Virus record (IMG/VR): IMGVR_UViG_3300024261_000009
Coordinates: 53,233-117,232 of that record
Length of the DNA: 64,000 bases
Reading direction: 5' to 3' (one strand)
From: a virus
Below, in pieces: positions 54,027 through 63,071 of this stretch; position 1 is the first letter of the stretch, and every line of letters starts with the position of its first letter. Below the pieces are notes generated by a model that searched no databases, had not been told where the DNA came from, and was given only the letters and a program-made list of their open reading frames with translations. The position numbers were made by a program, and so were the translations under genes.

Positions 54027-54551
54027 CTATAGTTTACTAGAAAACCTGCTCATAAAAGAACTGATCAAGTTCTCTATAAGAGTGTTTCTATCGGCTTCGT
54101 CGTCCAAGCACAAGCTAGATAGAGACTCTAGTTCTGTTACTAGGGCCGTTCTAAGTTTAGCCTCCACTTCAGTCTCGAACCCCCGTATAGTTTCCTCTAC
54201 ATCAGTTAAAGGGTACTCGGAACCTTCGGAATCAGATGTCGTTTTATAAGCTACGTCATCCTTGGATATTCTAGTCTTAGAGGGGCTTGAGGTCATCATA
54301 GCCTGACTAGCCCAGGGACAAGCAGGGCAACCCACGTAGTTAGTATAAACAACGCTTCCGGGTGTGTGGCCTCGTAACAACTTGGAGGCTACGTCGTTCG
54401 CGCGTGGGGAGACCTCTAACTGTATGTGGTAGGTGTCCTTGCACTCGCAGTGGGGGCACGGGAAGCCTGTAGGGTCTTTTCCGGGCTTAGGTACACCAAG
54501 TGAGCCGACTTCTTCGGGCGAAACACCGCCGTATGTTCTCTCGTTAATCAT
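54027..54551 (-). CDS. Zn-finger protein (CPHC...CPAC) with C-terminal coiled coil
   Basis: AGGA RBS; CPHCECKD and CPACPW. Confidence 0.6.
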   Translation of the reverse strand: MINERTYGGVSPEEVGSLGVPKPGKDPTGFPCPHCECKDTYHIQLEVSPRANDVASKLLRGHTPGSVVYTNYVGCPACPWASQAMMTSSPSKTRISKDDVAYKTTSDSEGSEYPLTDVEETIRGFETEVEAKLRTALVTELESLSSLCLDDEADRNTLIENLISSFMSRFSSKL

Positions 54552-54594
54552 TATTTATCCTAATATTTAGACGAACTTACTTTCAGGTCCGTAC

Positions 54595-54918
54595 ATGCTT
54601 AAATTCTTTCTGTTTCTTGTTTCGGCTCACGCCTTATCCTGGCTAATAAGCTGTGGACCTCTTCTATCCAAGAGGGTGTATGAGTACCGGTGGCTGGTTT
54701 GTCTGCTCGGAGTTTTAGTTACGTACCTGTTTATGGAGGCGACCCGTGCAGGGTTTGATACCTTTGGTAGGTTATGGACGGCGAAGCTCTTAGGGTTCTG
54801 TGTCAGCACTGTCGTGTTTACTGTGATGACTTACTCGATAATGGGGGAGTCTCCCTCGCCCAGAGATTTTGTATGCCTAGCTTTAGCGGCCTTAATAGTC
54901 CTGATAAGGGTTGTATAA
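54595..54918 (+). CDS. Small 4-TM membrane protein (DMT/SMR-like)
   Basis: Four hydrophobic helices and the MGES loop; isolated plus-strand gene. Confidence 0.6.
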   Translation: MLKFFLFLVSAHALSWLISCGPLLSKRVYEYRWLVCLLGVLVTYLFMEATRAGFDTFGRLWTAKLLGFCVSTVVFTVMTYSIMGESPSPRDFVCLALAALIVLIRVV

Positions 54919-55131
54919 GGGGAGCGTAGACTTCTTTGTAGGCCCAACAGCTCTTCTAGGCGTCCTAACAGGTTTCCACCCACCCTTTCCAGCGGGTATT
55001 TCCCATTGCATAAGTGCGTGGTTATATCTTCCCTCTAGGAATCCCAGCTGTATCATTTGATACGTCATATACGACGCCGGTAGCTTAAAGGGTCCGCAGG
55101 GAGTCCCGGGTTTGCGTTGTGAGCGTTTCAC
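54892..55131 (-). CDS. Basic hypothetical protein (79 aa)
   Basis: GTG start. Confidence 0.45.
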   Translation of the reverse strand: MKRSQRKPGTPCGPFKLPASYMTYQMIQLGFLEGRYNHALMQWEIPAGKGGWKPVRTPRRAVGPTKKSTLPLYNPYQDY

Positions 55132-55143
55132 TAAAATAAGTCC

Positions 55144-55347
55144 CTATCTGGATCCAGCCAGTCCCATACACGCGTAGCGAGCCCATACACGCGTAGCGAG
55201 TTTGTCAAACCAAAGAGCAACGGGGGGCGGAGATCTTCTCTGAACAAAGGATCCTTTATCTATGCACAAGGAGTAGACAACGATACCTACGTGAACCCTG
55301 AGGGTACTCAAGTATCCTTTAAGCCCCGTCTCCTTTAAGAACCTCAT
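55144..55347 (-). CDS. Small hypothetical protein with C-terminus altered by a 19-nt duplication
   Basis: See the repeat at 55163-55200; start uncertain. Confidence 0.4.
   Translation of the reverse strand: MRFLKETGLKGYLSTLRVHVGIVVYSLCIDKGSFVQRRSPPPVALWFDKLATRVWARYACMGLAGSR
55163..55200. repeat. 19-nt perfect tandem duplication
   Basis: cccatacacgcgtagcgag x2. Confidence 0.97.
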
Positions 55348-55723
55348 TGATTTTGTCCCAGTTAACTCTGTGTACTACTCCATATACCTTATCTTCTTTT
55401 GACTCCACAAAATTCTTAGCTTCCTCTGTGGAAAGCTTAACGCCCTGAGCCCACAAGTAACCTCCCGCGTACCTCCAGGCCTTCTCAAACTCTGAACCGC
55501 TCATCTGAAGAGAGTAGTCAGAGGCTAGGTCAAAGAGCCTTTCGTGATTATCACTGGTTTTAGTTATCTCTTTTAGGTCCCTTAAGTTATTCTCCCCAGA
55601 CTGCCAGACAGAATGACTCTCGCTCATAGCGTAATACCAATCGTGGCCTCTCAACCTGGAAGAAAATTCCTGAATATCCATTCTAGTAACTCCTAATAAT
55701 GTATGTCTATTACAACTAACCAC
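55319..55723 (-). CDS. Hypothetical protein (HDWYYAMSE motif)
   Basis: Likely start MDIQEF after GGAG. Confidence 0.6.
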   Translation of the reverse strand: MVSCNRHTLLGVTRMDIQEFSSRLRGHDWYYAMSESHSVWQSGENNLRDLKEITKTSDNHERLFDLASDYSLQMSGSEFEKAWRYAGGYLWAQGVKLSTEEAKNFVESKEDKVYGVVHRVNWDKINEVLKGDGA

Positions 55724-56190
55724 TCGTTTTCGCCTACGTCTAGAGACACCCTGTCTATGAGGTATGTCGGGTTTCCGGCTACTCTTTTCGTGTAGTCATA
55801 GAAACCGCTACTAACGCTGTATCTCTTAGAGAGGCTTCTGCAAAACGACTTAATAGCTTGGTCTTCAGCTCCGTACTCAGCTAGCTCCGAGAAATCTTCG
55901 CCCTCCAGTATTTTATTAAGAGCCCCAGAATCCAAAAGTAGGGAGCAGGCGTCCTTGGCGGCTTCGTTGTAACTGGTTTTTATTTCCTCTAGCTCAGATA
56001 AGAACCTCCTTGGGTCCTCTGAGTACCTTAGAGTGTTCTTTTGGAGACCAAAGTAACCCTCCCACCTGCCTCCGATCACATAGTAATCCCAGACATCCCC
56101 CATACCATAAGGATCCATCGCAGATTCTACTAACTCAAGAGCCTCCGTCTCTGTGAGGGCCTGAACGGAAATTAGGTGTCTGTAGTGCAT
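55693..56190 (-). CDS. Conserved phage hypothetical protein (WDYYVIGGRW...VVIDIH)
   Basis: Recurrent phage motif; GAGAAG RBS. Confidence 0.7.
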   Translation of the reverse strand: MHYRHLISVQALTETEALELVESAMDPYGMGDVWDYYVIGGRWEGYFGLQKNTLRYSEDPRRFLSELEEIKTSYNEAAKDACSLLLDSGALNKILEGEDFSELAEYGAEDQAIKSFCRSLSKRYSVSSGFYDYTKRVAGNPTYLIDRVSLDVGENEWLVVIDIHY

Positions 56191-56723
56191 GCTTCTCTCG
56201 CTTCCTCTCTCGCTTCCTCTCTCGCTTCCTCTCTCGCGCGATCAAGACCATAAATACCCCACAGACTATCTACGACTTCTGTCTGCGTCCCGTCGCAGTG
56301 CTTGCAGTAAGTGTCCTCAAGTATCTCGAACCCCCAGACATCACCCCTTAAATACCTGTTCCACTCGTCCAAGTGGGATTGAGCGGCTATTAAGGCCGTC
56401 TCTAAGCAACCCCAAGTATTCTTGCACACATACACGTACCCATGCCTCGTGTCGCTACCCTGCTCCAAGAACCCACCGACCAAGCTTAGAGTGGGATACT
56501 CAGCCAGAGACCGCTCTGCGAAAACGGGAAACTGGTGAAAAGAATCTGGCTGTTGTACTGGGTCGGTACAAAATCCCCTGAACCTATGCAGGGAATTGTT
56601 CTCGTCAACCCTAATAAATAGGTCTCCGTTGTCCCAATCCTCCGGGGACTCAGGGTCTGTATCCGCGTACAGCTTAAAGCGAAACTTGTCGCTAACCCTG
56701 ACTTCTTCATAGCAGTCAGTCAT
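56172..56723 (-). CDS. Conserved mobile-element hypothetical protein (YLRGDVWG...DSLWGIYG)
   Basis: GAGGAGG RBS; C-terminal (AREE)x3. Confidence 0.7.
   Translation of the reverse strand: MTDCYEEVRVSDKFRFKLYADTDPESPEDWDNGDLFIRVDENNSLHRFRGFCTDPVQQPDSFHQFPVFAERSLAEYPTLSLVGGFLEQGSDTRHGYVYVCKNTWGCLETALIAAQSHLDEWNRYLRGDVWGFEILEDTYCKHCDGTQTEVVDSLWGIYGLDRAREEAREEAREEAREACTTDT
56199..56234. repeat. 12-nt coding tandem repeat x3 (AREE)
   Basis: cgcttcctctct x3. Confidence 0.9.
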
Positions 56724-56818
56724 AAAATCTTACCTCCTCTTAGGCTGAAAATGTACTACATGAATTCAGTACACATCCTTTTGACATAAAAGGGGGGATA
56801 TTATCGAATAGGGGTATA

Positions 56819-57151
56819 TTAGACTGTAGGGTCGTACAATCGGTACTTTACCGTCAGTTCTTCGCCCTTACGCACCTCTACTAAAGTGTGCAGGTACATG
56901 CAAAACCGGGGATATATCCCCTTTTCCTGGATGACCTGGCAATTGGGGGCGTCTGAGTGGTTGTAGAACCCTCCCAGGGGGGTCCTTAACATACCATTTG
57001 GTTGGCTTTCAAAGGGTATATGGGTTAGTCCAAGGTTTGTCCCTGCCGGGATGTGTTCAGAAGCGAAAATTCCATAGCCCTCTATCTCTGACGGACCTAG
57101 GTGGAGGCTCTTGGGTAAAGGACGATAATGCTTTCCGGGTCTTTTGTTCAT
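56819..57151 (-). CDS. Minimal SET-domain protein-lysine methyltransferase
   Basis: AAGGA RBS; IEGYGIFA (motif I), GFYNHSDAPNC (NHS motif), GEELTVKY (catalytic Tyr). Confidence 0.9.
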   Translation of the reverse strand: MNKRPGKHYRPLPKSLHLGPSEIEGYGIFASEHIPAGTNLGLTHIPFESQPNGMLRTPLGGFYNHSDAPNCQVIQEKGIYPRFCMYLHTLVEVRKGEELTVKYRLYDPTV

Positions 57152-57227
57152 AGAAGCAGTCCTTATACTAGGTATGGGGGGGCCCCTCCTAGGGAGGCCT
57201 GGCTAGTATAAGCTTAGGGCTGGAAGA

Positions 57228-57374
57228 CTAACTTTCCGATTCTTTTTCGGGTTCCTTTTCGGAAGCCCTATCTAACTGACTCAAGAGGCTTTGGTAGCAC
57301 CACCAGCAATGCTTACTGCCCTCAAGGGCATGTCTTTCTGAGCACAGTTTGCAAAAAGATATCCTCTTAGACAT
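57228..57374 (-). CDS. 48-aa Zn-finger peptide
   Basis: TAATG overlap with the lipoprotein stop; CKLC...CWWC. Confidence 0.5.
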   Translation of the reverse strand: MSKRISFCKLCSERHALEGSKHCWWCYQSLLSQLDRASEKEPEKESES

Positions 57375-57673
57375 TAGCGATCCCCCTGAGGGGGTGTCGT
57401 GTAGCAGTATTCTTCTAAGTCTGCTCTGGAAAATGTTATCGAGAGAAGGTCCAAATTTTCTTCCAAGCAAACCCCGCCGTCATCCAGGTAAGCTAAGGCG
57501 TTTGAGTCTAGGGGAGTGCAGCAAGCAGGGCACCTGTCACAACTGTCTCTTAACCACTCAGAGTGCCTAGAAACTCTTTCTGATTGTAGAGAGGCGTCCA
57601 AACCCCCACAGGATAAGAGAGGGACTGAGGCCGCGAGTAACAAGGCGGCGGGGCTGAGAAAGGAACTATTCAT
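57374..57673 (-). CDS. Small Cys-rich lipoprotein
   Basis: Signal peptide ending in lipobox LLSC-GG; CDRCPACC; AAGGAG RBS. Confidence 0.6.
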   Translation of the reverse strand: MNSSFLSPAALLLAASVPLLSCGGLDASLQSERVSRHSEWLRDSCDRCPACCTPLDSNALAYLDDGGVCLEENLDLLSITFSRADLEEYCYTTPPQGDR

Positions 57674-57881
57674 AAGGAGTCTCCGAGTCAGGGGGAATCT
57701 ACTTAGTATTAAGTAAGCATAAAGCTAAGTCCATATAAAACGGTACTTAGAGCGACTAAACCGTACTTAAGGGCAAGATGCTAGGGTTTAAGGATTAAAT
57801 AAGGACTTAAGGGCTTACTTAAGCGCTTAAGAGCCCCACTATTAGTATGTAACCGTTAGTTAGCGTTCGGGGTATTTACTT

Positions 57882-58175
57882 ATGGGCTACTTTTTGATCT
57901 CAATCATCCTCGTAGTTTTAGTGGCAGTTCAAATAGTCATGACACTGACCACGGCTAAGGAACTAGATGCGCTTAGAAAATCTATAAAGACGGTTAAGTT
58001 AAGCCTAGACAACGTAAAAACAACGGTAGGGAGCCTTGCTAAAGACAAGACTGCTCATCATAAGCGGTCTAGTCAGACAGTTTCCCCCAAGAAGGACCTT
58101 TCCGGAGAGTTAGACCTATACCACCAAGGCCAGGTTGCCACTGTAAAGGCTGTTTTTAGGCCTGGAGGGCGCTGA
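57882..58175 (+). CDS. N-terminal TM-anchored coiled-coil protein
   Basis: FLISIILVVLVAVQIVM TM, then a coil. Confidence 0.6.
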   Translation: MGYFLISIILVVLVAVQIVMTLTTAKELDALRKSIKTVKLSLDNVKTTVGSLAKDKTAHHKRSSQTVSPKKDLSGELDLYHQGQVATVKAVFRPGGR

Positions 58176-58176
58176 T

Positions 58177-60240
58177 ATGAGCCCGAAGTTAGTAGCTATG
58201 ATTCTTATATTTGTAGCAGCCTGTTCGGATCCCAGGGAATCTCTCACCACTTACCCCCCAGAAGCGGGCACTCTAAGACTAGCTCCGGCGTCAAGTACGG
58301 ATGGGGGGCCTGACGCCCACCTTTTAGAAACGCTAGATACGAGTATCGCCGCTACGGGGAACCTTCCTAGTCAGGAGTACCAGGACTCCTGCTGGAGATC
58401 TCAGTACTGGCACTGTCCCCCTTTTGACGAGGTATGGCGGGTGGAGGTCGTGTTTGATGTTTGTGATGACGAGGGCGTGCCCTGCACTCCTAATCAGCAG
58501 CCAGACCCGAGTTGCAGGTGGACTCTAGTATCGGAGGGGGAGTGTTCTCACTACCAGGACTGCGATCCCGCGGATCTACGGGTGTCTTACCAGCCTTGCC
58601 AGGTAGAAGACCTGGAGGGGCAAATTCAGCAGGGCCAGCAAGAGGTTCGATGTCGAAAGGGAGCTTTAGATAGGGGAGAGTGTACGCCTTGCTCCGGGGA
58701 GTCTTGTAACGGACGGGACGATGATTGTGACGGGCTAGTTGATGAGGGTGTTTATGAATGTGTCGGAGAGTGTGGAGAAGGTATAGCCGAGTGCGTTGAT
58801 GGAACGTTGGGCGCTTGTAGGGGACCTTCTGCCTCTGAGGAGGTCTGTGACCTAGAGGATAATGACTGTGACGGGCTAGTTGATGAGGGTCAGCTCAATG
58901 CCTGCGGTAACTGTGGGGGCGTTCCAGAGGAAACTTGTGACGGAATAGATAATGACTGTGATGGCGATCTTGACGAAGAGCTAATACAAATATGCGAAAG
59001 CCGGTGCGAGGAAGGTGTCCAGCTGTGTGTTAGCGGTCGGTGGTCTGCGTGCACCGCCAGGACACCTCGGGAAGAAACCTGCGATGCTTCTGACAATGAC
59101 TGTGATGGCCGAATTGACGAGACACTAACGTGTACTTGTCCCCCCGAGATACTAGGGGCCCTAATGCCCTGTCAAGAGCCCCCTCTAGAGTGTGGGTCAG
59201 GGTTCAAGGTGTGCGAGTGTGCGGGGGATAATTGTATCAGTACTCAGTGGACTCCTTGTCGCGCCCCCTGCCAGGTTCTGGGAGTTCAGCCCTGCGATCC
59301 ATCGGGAGGAGTACCTACGGATGAGATCTGTAACGCTTACGATGATAATTGCAACGAGGCTGTGGACGAAGACCTCTTTAGGGAGTGTTACTCAGGACCC
59401 GAAGGCACTCTGGGGGTAGGGCTTTGCTCCTCAGGAAGTCAGAACTGTTCCTCGGGCAGGTGGGGCTCTGAGGTGCGGGGCTTATTTGTGGAGGACATCT
59501 GCCTGGACGAGATTCTTCCTAGAGAAGAGATATGCAACGGCGAAGATGATAACTGTGATGGCGAGATCGAAGAGGACCTTCAGCCAACGGATATCATGTT
59601 TGTTGTGGACACCTCAGGGTCAATGCGGGAAGAGATCCGAGCTGTTCAAGAAGCAATGACAGCATTCTCTGCGAGCTTCCAAGGATCCCCTGCCCTACGG
59701 TGGGGGCTTATAGTGGGTCCCGTCGGACCTAATGACCGATTAGAGTTGGTGGTACACCCTGTTCCCTTCGATCAGTTTATACCCGCGCTAGCTTCCGTAG
59801 CGGAGACTAACACCAGCGAAGAGATGCTGCGGGATGCTTTGTATTTGTGTGTTAGGAATCTTGTTCCCTTCGGAACCTTACCTCCAGAGCACGTAAATAT
59901 CCGCTGGGGCAACAGCGTAGGTTTCTCTACCCCTCCCTTAGTGACCTTTAATGTCCGGTGGAGAGAGGCGGCTGACAAAGTCATCATCATACTTACAGAC
60001 GAAGAATCACAGTCCTACCTAGTTCCCCAGATAGAGACCGAGTTCTTAGCTCAAGCTTTACAGCAGGTAGCGGGACTAAGTGTTCATATATTTACTACGC
60101 CAAACAACGCGGATAACGGTGTAGGTCCCTGGGCTCCCCTAGCGGTGGGGGGAAGAGTTCACGCCTTGACCAGTCAACCAGACGAGATGTTCATGGAAAT
60201 GATGGGGATACTCGACGAAGAGGTGTGTAGAGGTGACTGA
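58177..60240 (+). CDS. Lipoprotein with six MopE-like Cys-rich repeats and a C-terminal vWA domain (myxobacterial type)
   Basis: Lipobox FVAAC; six ExCxxxDDDCD/DNDCD units; MIDAS DIMFVVDTSGSM...ILTDEE. Confidence 0.85.
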   Translation: MSPKLVAMILIFVAACSDPRESLTTYPPEAGTLRLAPASSTDGGPDAHLLETLDTSIAATGNLPSQEYQDSCWRSQYWHCPPFDEVWRVEVVFDVCDDEGVPCTPNQQPDPSCRWTLVSEGECSHYQDCDPADLRVSYQPCQVEDLEGQIQQGQQEVRCRKGALDRGECTPCSGESCNGRDDDCDGLVDEGVYECVGECGEGIAECVDGTLGACRGPSASEEVCDLEDNDCDGLVDEGQLNACGNCGGVPEETCDGIDNDCDGDLDEELIQICESRCEEGVQLCVSGRWSACTARTPREETCDASDNDCDGRIDETLTCTCPPEILGALMPCQEPPLECGSGFKVCECAGDNCISTQWTPCRAPCQVLGVQPCDPSGGVPTDEICNAYDDNCNEAVDEDLFRECYSGPEGTLGVGLCSSGSQNCSSGRWGSEVRGLFVEDICLDEILPREEICNGEDDNCDGEIEEDLQPTDIMFVVDTSGSMREEIRAVQEAMTAFSASFQGSPALRWGLIVGPVGPNDRLELVVHPVPFDQFIPALASVAETNTSEEMLRDALYLCVRNLVPFGTLPPEHVNIRWGNSVGFSTPPLVTFNVRWREAADKVIIILTDEESQSYLVPQIETEFLAQALQQVAGLSVHIFTTPNNADNGVGPWAPLAVGGRVHALTSQPDEMFMEMMGILDEEVCRGD

Positions 60241-60490
60241 TATCTTTCAAAAAGGGACTCGAGGGTACCTAAAGAAACCTGTGATAGTTGAACAGGCCTC
60301 GGCAGATGTAGAGTCCCTATCAGTTCTCCCCAAGGACGCCGTCATAGAGGTGTTCTCGGTAATACCTCCGGCAGTCCTGGCTAGTCTGCCTCCGAGCAAC
60401 ACTCTGCGTGTGTACAAGTTCCTGTGCCCCGTATCTTGGGCGGATCTAATCAAAGTGACCTATAACCCCCCCACTGGAAGGGTGATCTGA
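60233..60490 (+). CDS. Hypothetical protein (85 aa)
   Basis: GTG start overlapping the upstream stop. Confidence 0.5.
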   Translation: MTDIFQKGTRGYLKKPVIVEQASADVESLSVLPKDAVIEVFSVIPPAVLASLPPSNTLRVYKFLCPVSWADLIKVTYNPPTGRVI

Positions 60491-61290
60491 TGAAACCAAC
60501 TAGGACTAAAATATCTGCGGTAGGTTTAGCGATGCTTCTCTTACTGTTGTCCGTTTTTGGGCCCTCTTGCTGCGGGCAAACGCCCTGGAGGTTGCTTCCT
60601 CAAAATAGTCGGGAAGTACCTGAAATAGAAAAGTCCTTTCTATTTATAACCCACCAGTTTACTCAAAAGCTTTGCAGAGAAGAGATATGTCTAGAGGGTC
60701 CTCTGAGAGTAATAGCTGGGTCCGGGTTTTCCGTGGCCCTAAGCGGTAGCTATACTTGGGTGGTTACGGCAGCCCACCTGTGCCTACCTAGTAACGACAT
60801 TGTCAATTCTCAAATGGTGGCTACAGGTTTAGGGGGTGTGAGTTACTCTGCGGTGGTACGGCATGCGGAGCCTTCCGTAGACTTATGCTTCTTAACTATT
60901 CAGGGCGCAGCTATCCCCCCCGTTGTAATAGCGGATAAAGACGTTTCGAGAGGGGAAAGAGTCTTGGCTCTTGGATCGCCGCTTGGACTCTTCGATTCGA
61001 ATATGATCCCTAAATTTGAGGGGTTCTACGCGGGTAGTACCACTGAGATACAGCGTCCGGATGACCCATCTAAAAAATTTCCCACTCTAGATGGGTTTAC
61101 TGTTCCTGCAAGACCCGGCTCTTCTGGGGGCCCTATCTTCAACGCATCCGGGGAACTAGTAGGGGTGATGATAATGGCCAAGCCTGACTTTGAGACTTTC
61201 ACCTTATCACCACCCCAAGCACTCGTTAGGACGCTACTTGCCTCCGTCCAACGTAACTCTGAGCGACTTATCAGTCCGGAACTTCACTAG
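60490..61290 (+). CDS. Exported trypsin-like (S1) serine protease
   Basis: Signal peptide; TAAH (His), DLCFL (Asp), PGSSGGPIFN (Ser). Confidence 0.9.
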   Translation: MKPTRTKISAVGLAMLLLLLSVFGPSCCGQTPWRLLPQNSREVPEIEKSFLFITHQFTQKLCREEICLEGPLRVIAGSGFSVALSGSYTWVVTAAHLCLPSNDIVNSQMVATGLGGVSYSAVVRHAEPSVDLCFLTIQGAAIPPVVIADKDVSRGERVLALGSPLGLFDSNMIPKFEGFYAGSTTEIQRPDDPSKKFPTLDGFTVPARPGSSGGPIFNASGELVGVMIMAKPDFETFTLSPPQALVRTLLASVQRNSERLISPELH

Positions 61291-61759
61291 ACTCTACTGT
61301 TATCGTCCCGCGAAGCAACAGGGTCGCAGAGCAGTGGGGGCAGTGCGTGAAAATCGCGGCTGCCCTACTGTCTTCTTCCAAATCGGCGGATTGATCATTT
61401 AACCGACCCTCTAGAAGAGCCCCCATATAATGTTTTGGTCTATCCGAAGGCGGGTGGTGGGGTTTTGTAGGCGCTGCCGGTGGTTGAACCACGTTATCAA
61501 CGGTTCTCCTAACCACAACTGTCGGACTAGATAGTTCCTCTACGAGCTCCACCTTCTTAAGCAGGTCTCCGTCCCGAACCAATCTTCCTTCAGCTTGTGC
61601 GATCTGAATAATCTTCTCGAATCTAGGACCTCTAAGGCGCTGCATGCCTAAGGCTTCAGTTACTACGCTTCTAACAACTTTGTCCGTAACGCGGGCTTGT
61701 CCCGCATCATTTATGTATCTAGCTAAGGCGAAGACTGCGTTTTCTGTCTCGGGGGTCAT
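61271..61759 (-). CDS. Protein with winged-helix-like N-terminus and C-terminal CPHC Zn ribbon
   Basis: GGAG RBS; HCPHCSATL. Confidence 0.5.
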   Translation of the reverse strand: MTPETENAVFALARYINDAGQARVTDKVVRSVVTEALGMQRLRGPRFEKIIQIAQAEGRLVRDGDLLKKVELVEELSSPTVVVRRTVDNVVQPPAAPTKPHHPPSDRPKHYMGALLEGRLNDQSADLEEDSRAAAIFTHCPHCSATLLLRGTITVESSEVPD

Positions 61760-61974
61760 TTGGTTAACTCCATTAAATTATACTGAAATAGCACGATTCG
61801 GTCGTAGCACTGAAGTAAGTCTTCGTATTGCTCACTGTCAGGACCACCGAAATTTTCTTCTCTATCTAGGCACACCTTTATCCGGTCCACCACTAAATCG
61901 AGATCGACTAAGCATCTATTCAAGTTTGTAGGTTCTTCCGGTGACTCTACCGGCGAGATCTTGTCCACGTTCAT
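61756..61974 (-). CDS. Small acidic helical protein (72 aa)
   Basis: GGAG RBS; overlaps the end of the upstream gene. Confidence 0.5.
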   Translation of the reverse strand: MNVDKISPVESPEEPTNLNRCLVDLDLVVDRIKVCLDREENFGGPDSEQYEDLLQCYDRIVLFQYNLMELTK

Positions 61975-62980
61975 ACTCCGAAACGAATACCTTTATTAAT
62001 TTCTTATCTTGGTCTGGGTGCTTAAGTTTGGCTTTAGCGTACTTCTCATGAGAGGGCCCCACCCAGTACCTGTTAAAGTGAGCCCTTACCCTATGCAAGG
62101 CTACTCCAGAGGAGCTTTGGGTTGGCTCTTCTGATTTTTCTAATCCTGGAGCCAACCTTTGTATGTAGCACACAGTGGTTTTGTCAAGCTGCCTCTTAAC
62201 CTTCGGCCTTTTAGCGGGACCTGCTCTAAACAATTTAGCTTCCAGGACCTGCCTCCTAGCTGTCCTGCTATCAAGTCCAATGTCAGGCTCATCACTTGTC
62301 ACGTATAGTACTGTATTTAGTATTAAACGGAAGGCTTTAAGTATCTCCTCTGAACGTTTGTTATCTAGGGATAAATCCGAGGACCTCAAGGGGTCCTGAA
62401 CCGCGTGCCAAAAATTATCTGTGCTAAATCTATCCTTAATATACTCCCCTACATCAGGAGATTTTATCTTGGATAGGGGCATTATGAAGTGGTATACCGC
62501 GTCATCAGACGCGTCTATTGAGTTACTATTTGACTTGCCCCAAAATATTATGCCCAAGGACTCCTCTTTGTAGGGCTTACCTGCCTCACCGGACACAAGA
62601 CCTGCGGGGAGTACGTAAAGGTACGCTCCCCCCAAGCGGTGCCACCGTGTACGGTCTCCCCCCCATATCCAAATGTCTGGGTGGGCTTCGCTAACGTCGA
62701 TGAAGAAACTACCAAAAGGAAGCCTTAGTTCGTCTCTAACTACTTTGAGTTTAATACCGCTCAGGGCGGCGCACAATTTCTTCCCAAGTGAGAAGACCAT
62801 CCTTCCTGAGGAAGTGAACCTCTCGAGGGCTAGGGCCAGGGTGATTGCTATCTGGTGCTCCGGCTCACTTTTAAGACCTGCAAGGCCTTTCATCTTGGCC
62901 TCTAGCGTGTCGAAATTAGAGAGCCAGGTTTGAAGATCCCTCTGAGAGCGGTCTCTGTGCATTATATCAGGGTGTATCAT
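61916..62980 (-). CDS. Conserved phage protein of unknown function (LPF...; LN..LY...EPD; HRVRAHF..YW.G)
   Basis: AGGA RBS; recurrent C-terminal H-x-V-R-A-H motif. Confidence 0.7.
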   Translation of the reverse strand: MIHPDIMHRDRSQRDLQTWLSNFDTLEAKMKGLAGLKSEPEHQIAITLALALERFTSSGRMVFSLGKKLCAALSGIKLKVVRDELRLPFGSFFIDVSEAHPDIWIWGGDRTRWHRLGGAYLYVLPAGLVSGEAGKPYKEESLGIIFWGKSNSNSIDASDDAVYHFIMPLSKIKSPDVGEYIKDRFSTDNFWHAVQDPLRSSDLSLDNKRSEEILKAFRLILNTVLYVTSDEPDIGLDSRTARRQVLEAKLFRAGPAKRPKVKRQLDKTTVCYIQRLAPGLEKSEEPTQSSSGVALHRVRAHFNRYWVGPSHEKYAKAKLKHPDQDKKLIKVFVSEYERGQDLAGRVTGRTYKLE

Positions 62981-63071
62981 TGTCCTACCCTGCGCGGCTT
63001 TTTCCTTTTCCTATAAGGTACTGGGAAAAGATACTCTTGGTCTTGTGGGTAATACTGTTTAGTCCTCATTA

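Noticed and set aside
43234-62997. Shared 12-mer GCCGCGCAGGGT (minus strand) upstream of two early genes
   Set aside because: There are only two copies at different distances from the starts; one 12-mer match among the intergenic DNA is plausible by chance.
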